DNA from: Octopus vulgaris
Taxonomy: Eukaryota
Direction of reading: 5' to 3'
Length of the DNA: 64,000 nt
Assembly: GCA_951406725.2 (NCBI GenBank)
Contig: OX597834.1
Location: 1,302,001 to 1,366,000, forward strand
The notes under the pieces: model-generated
Seen by the model: the letters and a program-made list of their open reading frames with translations, nothing else
Told to the model about the DNA's origin: nothing
Databases searched by the model: none
Part shown: one piece after another, positions 13,757-24,458 of the stretch
How positions within the stretch are numbered: the stretch's first letter is position 1
How the letters are laid out: every line of letters starts with the position of its first letter
Program-made: the position numbers and the translations under genes

Positions 13757-14718
13757 AGAAAGAGAGAAAGAGAGAGAGGGAGAGAAGGGGATGAAGAGAG
13801 AATGAGTTTAGTGAGGGAAAATGTGCCATTCGAGCATTTGAATATATTTAATATTTGATAGATCTGAATTTTTCATGAAGAAATGGACAGGAATTGAAAC
13901 ATTAAATGAAACTTTGTTACAAAAGTACGTAAAACTGATATTTTAAAACCATATCTCATTTTGATGCTTTTGTTTTTATAAACCCAGATCAACCCTGGTT
14001 TAGCCGACCCCGCATCAAAAGCACACTTTTGGTTTTGTCCTCATTGCTTGCAACACCAACTGCTGCTTTGTGTGCAGTCCATTGCTTTGTCGTTATGTAC
14101 TTCCAAGGTTGTTGGAGGCACCTTATCTATCTATATATGTGTACAGCACCTCGTGATGCTACGTTCTTCAATGCTGTACCTATTTTCTAAGCCTTTAGGA
14201 CTTGGTCATGTATTGTCTTTGTGTTTAGAACATCCCAAAACTGCCAACGGAAAAGTGATACATTCATTTTTGTGATAAGCAGTGTCGAAAGAGCGACATG
14301 GCCGAAGACAGCGCGACCTTCATCGATCGAGATTTGGATGTATTTATACTGTTTTCCAGAACGGGAACAATGACAGATGTTTACGATACACAGCTGCTTT
14401 TCTACCCCTACTACGCATCAAATCCCGCCAGGAGAGGTGTTACAGGGAAAGACATGGCCAATGAGTTTAACCTTATAATTCGCCGGTATATTACCTTAAA
14501 TATAGGTTATATACCGATAGTATTTTGGATACTTTTATCCCTTAGACAGTTATTTTAAACTCTAAACCAACTAACCCTTGTGTATGTATATATATATATA
14601 TATATAGAAAGAGAGTACAATCAGCATACGTTGGAGACCTATGTTCATCACATGTCACTGACTGTTATAGAGTGCAATATACATATACATATTTACGCAC
14701 ATATACATTTATACAGAC

Positions 14719-14761
<43 letters not shown>

Positions 14762-14763
14762 CG

Positions 14764-14841
14764 TCTCACTGATGAAACCAGCCTTAGCAAACATATTCTG
14801 TGTTTTGCTAGAAAGAGGTAGAAACTGATATCAATCCGAGA
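14764..14841 (+). ncRNA. Degenerate type I hammerhead-like motif in a Penelope pLTR-like fragment
   Basis: TCTCA-CTGATGA-(A ACC...TAGCAAAC/GTTTTGCTA hairpin...GGT A)-GAAA-CTGATATCAA-TC-CGAGA. Stem III is the palindrome TGATATCA; there are mismatches next to the core. Confidence 0.45.
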
Positions 14842-15055
14842 TGTAAAGTTATCGGTAAATGTTTTTGATTTTCACTCTCGATAAATTTATCCCCTTTTTG
14901 TGTCCCCAGCACTTGGCATCTTTATTTAGGAGCCCTTAATTATATTTCTACATGAATAATATTTTTCTATATGAATAATATTTTGTCAAATGACTAATTC
15001 GTCTTTTGTGCTGAGCCACTGGTAGTAATAACCTATATTATTACCCTTTATTGTT

Positions 15056-15087
<32 letters not shown>

Positions 15088-15196
15088 TAAATCTAAAAAT
15101 ATAGGGTAAAAATTAAATATTAATTTTTACCAGTGGCCAGCGTGAGTAAACATGTCCGTAGACTGCAAATATTATATTATATGTCTGTATAAAAAA

Positions 15197-15405
15197 TTTA
15201 TACGAAGAGAAAGCCTATAAGTGATTTTCCAACACGCCAGAAATAGATGTTCAATCCCAAACCACGAAAAAAAACTAATTAGAGTAAAATTTAAATACTA
15301 CTTGAAACTAATATTAATTAAAACGAATTAGTTTTTCCGTGGTTTGGATTTAACTCCTATTTCTAGAGTGTTGGATAACCACTTTTCCTTCGTGCATAAT
15401 TTATA
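15197..15405. repeat. Imperfect inverted repeat with arms of about 80 bp
   Basis: CCAACACGCCAGAAATAGATGTTCAATCCCAAACCACG is mirrored by CGTGGTTTGGATTTAACTCCTATTTCTAGAGTGTTGG. Confidence 0.75.
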
Positions 15406-15408
15406 TAT

Positions 15409-15528
<120 letters not shown>

Positions 15529-15581
15529 GTTTAAATATTTGTTGTGCAAGATTTTTTATGTGAAGTCGTGTGTTGAAACAG

Positions 15582-16102
15582 ATATTGTTATATTTCGGAA
15601 TGGTCATATTGCCAGTTTAGCCAATAAAAACACACGCACTATATATTTGGTGTTATTTTGCTTCAGTGATATTTATTTTTTACATTAATCTTAATCTTAT
15701 TTCGCCCAAAGTTCTTTCGTCATACTCCTGTGACCGCATCAGTGGTCCTTTGTTTTCTTCTTTCGTATTTGTGTCTCTCCTTACTAACCGTCAGCCATTT
15801 TGTATTTCTACTGTATGTCTTCATTTGCGCATGCTTATATCTCTATGTGCGTCTATGTTTATTTAGTGTGTGTGGGGGGGATGCCTGTAATATTTGTATC
15901 TTCTGTTTATATACATTCATGTAATTTGTATTTTGTTTTTGTTGTTGTTGCTTTTGTTCTAATTTTGTTCATGTGTTTACATCCACCCATTATTATCATT
16001 ACATATGCTTGTATGTATGTATAACAACAATATTAGTAATAATGATATTAAATCTAATCGAAAAAAAAATATATATATATACATATACACATATATATAC
16101 AC

Positions 16103-16151
<49 letters not shown>

Positions 16152-16808
16152 TATATGTATATATATATATATATGTATATATATATACATACATATACAT
16201 ACATAGATATATATGCATATATATAGTTATTCATTTCTATTTGTTTATTTATCTGTGTATTTATTTATTATGTTTTCGGATCCTCTATCGTCATATGTTG
16301 TGGTGTGTGCTATTGCTCCATTCTAGTTTTCTATTCAGGCTAGGTTTATTTTCTATTATATGTGTAGCTTCTGTAATTTGTCTAATTGTTGCATCTGTTC
16401 TATGTGTGGACAATATCTTAATCTCTATGTTATTGATTGATCCCCAGTGTTCCTGTTCGGCGTGTTGGTACAGAATCGATGAGCTTTTACCTTCCTTGAG
16501 TTGTCTCCAATGTTTATTCACCCGCTCTCCTATGCTTCTTGCCGTTTCACCTACGTATGTTATTGTCTTGTTACTGCATCGTCCCTCTATACATCTTATA
16601 CTATAGACTACATTTCTGGCTTTACAGTTTGTTTGTGGGCTAAATCTACATACAGTGCAATAGTTATCCGTACAGAGGGTTCTACTAAAAGGATAGGTTC
16701 TACCAATTATAGATTTGATAGGGTTGCTTGGCTTTTCAACAACCTTAATTCTTAGTTTAAGTTTATCTAGGGTCCTTCTAAAGCGGTACGCCAGTTCACC
16801 TCCTGGGG
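15582..16808 (-). mobile_element. Inverted copy of the 3' part of a Penelope-like element (GIY-YIG coding region plus 3' UTR/pLTR)
   Basis: Near-identical reverse complement of 17355-18503; ORF 16291-16833(-) repeats the last ~170 aa of the plus-strand ORF. Confidence 0.93.
15706..15745 (-). ncRNA. Variant minimal hammerhead-like motif (inverted copy)
   Basis: Exact reverse complement of 18349-18388. Confidence 0.5.
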
Positions 16809-16864
16809 AGAACCGACACACAAACACACACACAGATAACCATAGTCACAAAGACACGAATAAA

Positions 16865-17872
16865 ACAATAGACTACCCCACTAAACACCCCAACCATAGA
16901 CTACCAGTACTAGACACTGAACTCTGGCTAGAAATTGTGAAAAATAAAACCCGAATCCTTCATTCATACTATGCAAAACCTATGGCCTCAAAATACCTGA
17001 TCCACCGGAACTCAGCCATTGCGGGCAATGCCAAATTCAATATTTTGATGGCAGACCTCGTCAGAATAATGAGAAATGTGTCACGCATGTGCGAGCCTAC
17101 AGAATTAAAGAGACACATACAGTATTTCATTCACCGCATGCAGTTCTCAGGTTACAGCCATAAAGAAAGGATCAGAGTATACAAAGGAGCCATGAAGAAA
17201 TTTGATAATATATTATGTAATGATAGGAATGGGATTTGCCCACTCTATAGGAACAAGTCATGGAACACTATAGAAAGGACAAAAAAGAAAATAGGGAAGG
17301 CCAACTCTTGGTATGATAGCCATAAATACCAGAGTGTCAAGTTCGTTGACACCACCCCTGGAGGTGAACTGGCGTACCGCTTTAGAAGGACCCTAGATAA
17401 ACTTAAACTAAGAATTAAGGTTGTTGAAAAGCCAGGCAACCCTATCAAATCTATAATTGGTAGAACCTATCCTTTTAGTAGAACCCTCTGTACGGATAAC
17501 TATTGCACTGTATGTAGATTTAGCCCACAAACAAACTGTAAAGCCAGAAATGTAGTCTATAGTATAAGATGTATAGAGGGACGATGCAGTAACAAGACAA
17601 TAACATACGTAGGGGAAACGGCAAGAAGCATAGGAGAGCGGGTGAATAAACATTGGAGACAACTCAAGGAAGGTAAAAGCTCATCGATTCTGTACCAACA
17701 CGCCGAACAGGAACACGGGGGATCAATCAATAACATAGAGATTAAGATATTGTCCACACATAGAACAGATGCAACAATTAGACAAATTACAGAAGCTACA
17801 CATATAATAGAAAATAAACCTAGCCTGAATAGAAAACTAGAATGGAGCAATAGCACACACCACAACATATGA
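16865..17872 (+). CDS. Penelope-like RT thumb, Cys-rich linker and GIY-YIG endonuclease (5'-truncated, frame intact)
   Basis: [39 protein letters not shown]...[22 protein letters not shown]...KPSLN. Confidence 0.88.
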   Translation, partial: TIDYPTKHPNHRLPVLDTELWLEIVKNKTRILHSYYAKPMASKYLIHRNSAIAGNAKFNILMADLVRIMRNVSRMCEPTELKRHIQYFIHRMQFSGYSHKERIRVYKGAMKKFDNILCNDRNGICPLYRNKSWNTIERTKKKIGKANSWYDSHKYQSVKFVDTTPGGELAYRFRRTLDKLKLRIKVVEKPGNPIKSIIGRTYPFSRTLCTDNYCTVCRFSPQTNCKARNVVYSIRCIEGRCSNKTITYVGETARSIGERVNKHWRQLKEGKSSSILYQHAEQEHGGSINNIEIKILSTHRTDATIRQITEATHIIENKPSLNRKLEWSNSTHHNI

Positions 17873-17954
17873 CGATAGAGGATCCCGAAAACATAATAAA
17901 TAAATACACAGATAAATAAACAAATAGAAATGAATAACTATATATATGTATATG

Positions 17955-17991
<37 letters not shown>

Positions 17992-18348
17992 GTGTATATA
18001 TATGTGTATATGTATATATATTTTTTTTCGATTAGATTTATTATTATTATTACTAATATTGTTGTTATACATACATACAAGCATATGTAATGATAATAAT
18101 GGGTGGATGTAAACACATGAACAAAATTAGAACAAAAGCAACAACAACAAAAACAAAATACAAATTACATGAATGTATATAAACAGAAGATACAAATATT
18201 ACAGGCCATCCCCCCCACACACACACACTAAATAAACATAGACGCACATAGAGATATAAGCATGCGCAAATGAAGACATACAGTAGAAATACAAAATGGC
18301 TGACGGTTAGTAAGGAGAGACACAAATACGAAAGAAGAAAACAAAGGA

Positions 18349-18388
18349 CCACTGATGCGGTCACAGGAGTATGACGAAAGAACTTTGG
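18349..18388 (+). ncRNA. Variant minimal type I hammerhead-like motif in the PLE 3' repeat
   Basis: Stem I CCA/TGG; core CTGATGC(G) instead of CTGATGA; stem II GTCA-CAGGAGTA-TGAC; GAAA; minimal stem III (GAAC); putative cleavage triplet CTT. Confidence 0.5.
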
Positions 18389-18500
18389 GCGAAATAAGAT
18401 TAAGATTAATGTAAAAAATAAATATCACTGAAGCAAAATAACACCAAATATATAGTGCGTGTGTTTTTATTGGCTAAACTGGCAATATGAAATATAACAA

Positions 18501-18543
<43 letters not shown>

Positions 18544-18553
18544 ATATATACAT

Positions 18554-18618
<65 letters not shown>

Positions 18619-18942
18619 GATAGGGGTTGTAAATTCAACCCTCCATGGGATAACATATATCCAATATACTGCTAGAGACGTACCCAACAAAACTAATACA
18701 TAAATGTTAAAAATTGCGATGCAATTAATTCATCTACTGTATTATGTGGGCAAGGGTAAAATTATTACCGTAAATTAATAATACAAAATGAGAAATGGAG
18801 AAACATACCTAAATCAATCATCAACCATCAGATAATACCCAATCAATACTTTATTAAACCATTACACAACAGCAGTTATATTATACATAATATATTACAA
18901 ATATAACAAGACATAGAAATAGAAAATACATTAATATTGTAG

Positions 18943-19071
18943 CTGACAGCTGTTTCGGCCGTGAAGACAGGTATGTCCCATTAACCTATTAATTATGTCC
19001 CATAACCTATTAGCTATATAAAGCAGGTATAAATGAGACATTAACAAGAATGTCTCACGGCCTCTTCAGAG
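18943..19071 (-). ncRNA. Type I hammerhead ribozyme with enlarged stem II (minus-strand copy)
   Basis: Reverse complement of 19985-20093, with a ~20-nt tandem duplication inside the stem II loop. Confidence 0.7.
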
Positions 19072-19984
19072 AATTTAATGTACGTATGAAAAAAATTTAC
19101 ATATAAATATAAATATGTGTGCATAGACACTCATATTTCTACACATATATATATACACAATAATACAATATAAACAATATAGGTCAATATACATTAACAA
19201 ACACAATAATGTTTCATATTGAACTCATAGTGAGTTCAATATGTGAGTGGATCTATTTGTAAACACTTAGTTAATACCACGGCCATGGTTTCGTTTGGGG
19301 TGGCTTGATGTCTGCATGCATGTATGTGCAATCGGTTGGGTTCCTCTGTTTTGCATGTGTATAGTTGAGATACTACCTCTTATATTATTTATCTATTTAT
19401 TTATTTATGATTTGGTTGTGTATGTGGCTATGTCTGTGTGTATGTGTGTTGGTGTGTGTGTGTGTGTGTATACATATAACTATGTATGTGTGCACGATCT
19501 GTGGATGTACGTGCGCGTGTGTATGTTTCCTGGCTAACCGTAAAATTTCCATTGTGATTCAAATTTAAAACTATAAGCCAATCGAATCTATCTATGAAAA
19601 TCAATACCATGCGGGCAGAGGAATTTGACTTATTGAGTATATATGGGGATGTCCGCTTGCTTTAGTTGGTACAATCATGGTTGTTATTATTATTATTATT
19701 AATATTAATATTAATTTTATTGACTTTTTTTGTGTGGTTACACATTTTAATAGACTGGACTGTTAAATATATATGCCTGCTTTAAATGTGAGTGTACATG
19801 TATTTCCTTGATGTTGGTTATAGAACTATGAGTTCAATATGGAACATTATTGTGTTTGTTAATGTATATTGACCTATATTGTTTATATTGTATTATTGTG
19901 TATATATATATGTGTAGAAATATGAGTGTCTATGCACACATATTTATATTTATATGTAAATTTTTTTCATACTTACATTAAATT

Positions 19985-20093
19985 CTCTGAAGAGGCCGTG
20001 AGACATTCTTGTTAATGTCTCATTTATACCTGCTTTATATAGCTAATAGGTTAAATGGGACATACCTGTCTTCACGGCCGAAACAGCTGTCAG
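19985..20093 (+). ncRNA. Type I hammerhead ribozyme with enlarged stem II
   Basis: CT-CTGAAGA-GGCCGTGA...(70 nt)...TCACGGCC-GAAA-CAGCTG-TC-AG: canonical core, perfect 8-bp stem II base, palindromic stem III, GUC triplet at 20089-20091. Stem I is only about 2 bp. Confidence 0.72.
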
Positions 20094-20226
20094 CTACAAT
20101 ATTAATGTATTTTCTATTTCTATTTCTATGTCTTGTTATATTTGTAATATATTATGTATAATATAACTGCTGTTGTGTAATGGTTTAATAAAGTATTGAT
20201 TTAGGTATATTTCTCCATTTTCTCAT

Positions 20227-20286
<60 letters not shown>

Positions 20287-20610
20287 CATGCATTTCTGGA
20301 TGTATTGCATCGCCTTCCGCGGGATAAACAGTTTCCTCAATAATCTCGAACCGCATCTTCCTAATCTGTCACCTTCCCATCATTCCTCCGGCCCTCCTTT
20401 AAATGAAACCATCATCACAACTTAACAATACAATGCTTACTCTACAAAACAACTTTCACTGATCTTCGGCAATTTCCTCTATTCTTCTTCATCTCTTCTT
20501 ACCATTACCGTCATTTTCGTTTGTACTATTGTTATTGTTGTTGTTGTTGTTGTTCCTCTTCTTCTTCTTATTATTATTATCGTTATCATTATTATTATTA
20601 TTATCATTAC

Positions 20611-20664
<54 letters not shown>

Positions 20665-20865
20665 GATTATCATCATTATAGCAATTATTATCATCATAGT
20701 TATCAACATCATTATTTCCGCTGACGTTATCATTATCGCCATCATCATCATCATCATCATCATCATCATTATTATTATTATCATTATTATCATAATTATT
20801 ATTATTATTAATATGATAATTATTTTCATGGCTCTTCTTCCACTTCTTTCTCTCTTCTGTTTCTT

Positions 20866-20996
<131 letters not shown>

Positions 20997-22019
20997 TTCA
21001 TTTACTTATTACTCAGTCAGTCTCATACAAACTGTAAATACATCAAAACATTCTGTCGTTTGATGTTCGTCTTTTAATATTTTCCATTTCTTTCTTCTTT
21101 CGAAACCATTTTTCTTTCGCTCCTCTTTTTTCATCGTCTCCGCCGTCTCCGCCGCCACCGCCCTTTGTTTTTGTTGTTGTTCTTGTTACTGTTGATGCTG
21201 CTATTGTTGTCGTAAGGGTTCTTTCTTTTCTCTTTTTTTACCATTCCTGTTTTGCTAAAAGGGACATACTTGTTGATCCTTTGTTGTTGTTGTTGTTTTG
21301 GTGGAGGTTGTGGCGGCGGCTGCCGCGACGGAGTTGTATCGCTATTATTGTTGTTGGTGTTGTGTTGATTTTGATGTTCATGATGATGATTATGATGATG
21401 AAGATATTGTCTTATTGTTGATATTTTGTTATTACTGCCGTTGTTTAATGTGGTGATGGTGATGATGGTTGTAGTGATAGGGTTTAAGTGGTGGTGGTGG
21501 TGGTGGTGGTGGTGGTGGTGCTGATGGTGGTGGTGGTGGCGGCAGTGGTTGACGTTTCTTTATAAATTTCTGTTTATATTTGTTGTAGGTTTTGGAGTGG
21601 ATGTTGTCGTTGCTATAGTTACAGAAACAACAGTTAACTACTGTTGCTGTTGTTGCTGTTATTGCTGTTGCAACCCAGTGTTGCTTCTCTTTCTATCACA
21701 CTCGTTGCCACTGTTGTTGTTGTCGTTGTTGAAAATTCCTGGTAATCGAGACAACGTTACGGTTTCAAATTACAATTGAGGCTAATTAGAAGAATGGCCA
21801 TCACCGAACTTTTCTTCTGTCTTTGTTTTACCTTTGTTGATGCTGTTGTTATTCTTCTTCTTCATCTTTTCTGCCTCCCTCTTCTCCTCTTCATCTTCTC
21901 CCCTTCGTCCCCCTCCGCCTCCTCCTCCCGCTTCTGATTTCTTTCATCAAGATGTTCTGATATTCACGGTCATTCCGTCCATCAACGCCATTATTGTGTT
22001 TCTTCATTAAAATTAGTGA

Positions 22020-22310
22020 AAGCGCGTGGCTAAGTGGTTAGGGGTATTCGGTTCACGTTCGTAAGGCCGTAAGTTCGATACCTGGCGACACGTTGCGCCC
22101 TTGAGCAAGATACTGTATTTCAAGTTGCCTCAGTCCACTCAGCTGGGAAAAATGAGTCGTACCTGTAATTGAAAAGGAGCCAGCCTTGTCACAGTCTGTG
22201 TCACACTGAATCCCCCTGAGAACTACGTTAAAGGTACGTGTGTCTGTGGAGTACTCAGCCATATACATGTTAATTTCACCAGTTGGCTGTTCTGTTGATC
22301 GTAACCGAAG
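22020..22310 (+). mobile_element. tRNA-derived SINE
   Basis: A box TGGCTAAGTGG, B box GTTCGATACC, then CCCTTGAGCAAG...CAGTCCACTCAGCTG; a diverged reverse copy lies near 58200-58625. Confidence 0.8.
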
Positions 22311-22814
22311 GTTAGTCAACTGGAGTTAATTCAAGTTGAGAATGGAGACCTCTGCTTCTCCCTTTGGTCACCAGTTGATCCACAAAACTTTAACGGGATT
22401 AATCTCTACAGTGGCCCCATCCCCACTCCCTAATTCACTGTGATGAAGTCTCCTGGGTTATGGGAGAATTAATCCTGAAACAACACTTCGAATTCTTAAT
22501 AACGTATTTAATATGGTTGTTAATGGTTAAATATATTTGTTTCATTAATCTTTTGGCTCAATAATTACACCAATTTTATTCTGGGGACACTATATAAACT
22601 GTTTTATATTTGAACAAACCTTCGACAAAGATGTCGGTTGAATTTACAACCAAATAGCAACTGCCAAATATATATTTATTCTAAAACTTCATAACCAGTC
22701 GTGGTCCATGTATATATGTATATATATATATATGTATATATATAAACACATACATACACACACATATGGAATAAAGAAGGTGGTTAGAGACAGTATAAAA
22801 CGAAGAACGAAAAC

Positions 22815-22910
22815 TTGTGAGCATTTAGGTGTTTTTGCTCAATGGGAATCGAAACGGCGATCCTCCGACCTCGAGTCTGCTGCCCTAAACACTGGGCCAT
22901 TGCGCCTCCA
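22815..22910 (-). mobile_element. tRNA-derived SINE head (same family as 49938-50234)
   Basis: Minus strand reads TGGAGGCGCAATGGCCCAGTGTTTAGGGCAGCAGACTCG...GTTTCGATTCCC. Confidence 0.8.
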
Positions 22911-22911
22911 C

Positions 22912-22960
<49 letters not shown>

Positions 22961-23067
22961 CATACATGCATACATGCATACAATACATGCATACATACAT
23001 ATGTGTATGTGTATGTATGTATATATATATATATATACACATATATATGTATATATATATATGTATA

Positions 23068-23105
<38 letters not shown>

Positions 23106-23117
23106 ATATATAAATAA

Positions 23118-23205
<88 letters not shown>

Positions 23206-23294
23206 AGTGTATTTTATCTTGTTAACAATTAATTCCTATATATATATATATATATATATGAGATCGGATATATATATATATATATATATGAGAT

Positions 23295-23385
<91 letters not shown>

Positions 23386-23399
23386 TCGGATATGAACAA

Positions 23400-23700
23400 A
23401 ATCAAGAATAAATCTGCCAAAAATTCCTCATATTTCATGGCATACATGATGCACTTTTTTCAAGAATGTCTCAAAATAAATCCCCCAGTGTCTTGCATCT
23501 TGGATCTTGGCTCCTGTGTGCAAAGTTGGGACCCCCAGGGGGAGTAACTCTATCCCTGATGCTCAGTTTGTTTTCCCTTAATATATGCCGCTGATATTGG
23601 GGTGCGTCTAACATGTGTATCTTTTCTTCTATGAAATGCGGCGATTCTTTCACTTACTCAATCCACGTGTTGATTCTACCATTTATAGAACTTAAGTGGC
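23400..23700 (-). mobile_element. Possible degenerate Penelope-like linker fragment
   Basis: ...NKLSIRDRV...QDPRCKT resembles the PRCxTC linker of PLEs; abuts (TA)n. Confidence 0.3.
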
Positions 23701-24189
23701 AGAGACTTAGAATTATACAAGAACTTTATAAAGGATTTGTTTAACCTACGTAAAGATGCAGTCATTAGACAATGTATCCCTTATGTCGGAAACAGGCATA
23801 ATTCAAGGGTATGCTGTAGCATCGCTGTGTTGGTCATGAATGGAACGTTTTTGATCATGGATTTGCTTTATCAGAGCTGAATATCAGTGTCGACACTGAT
23901 ATGTCTGAGAGGAGGGTTATTTGACTGGTATTTCTAACACGCCACGTGTGACGACAACAATTCAAAAGATCTGTTGCCATGCTGTTCACAATGTGTTGGT
24001 TCTGTATTGAGTTATGAAATATTGCTATTATTTACAGAGAAATTCTTGCTCTTTATGCAATAAATTCAACAAAAAATGAAATATTCAGTAAATTTCTAAT
24101 AATAACGATTTATTTTGGAATTTGATGAAATTCTTGCGAAATTGAAATCATAATTGAAATGGTCGGATTGATAATTGCAGGAAATAATG

Positions 24190-24291
<102 letters not shown>

Positions 24292-24345
24292 AAATGAACG
24301 GTGTGAGAGAAGGAGAGAGATGGAGAGGAAAGCGGACAATTACTG

Positions 24346-24458
<113 letters not shown>

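Larger units (their letters stand above)
16865..18503 (+). mobile_element. 5'-truncated Penelope-like retroelement
   Basis: RT C-terminus/thumb plus GIY-YIG ORF, followed by a long AT-rich 3' region ending in (TA)n. Confidence 0.92.
18782..20232. mobile_element. Non-coding inverted-repeat element (arms about 18782-19231 and 19825-20232), Penelope pLTR-like, with a hammerhead in each arm
   Basis: Arms of about 410-450 bp are near-identical reverse complements apart from two small indels; about 590-bp spacer; (TA)n nearby on both sides. Confidence 0.85.

Noticed and set aside
16291-17872. A-to-I editing signature between the inverted arms
   Set aside because: Of about four coding differences only one is A/G; no bias.
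23235-23395. CRISPR-like repeat/spacer appearance
   Set aside because: Spacers are pure TA, the repeat is 9-10 nt, the context is eukaryotic and there are no cas genes.
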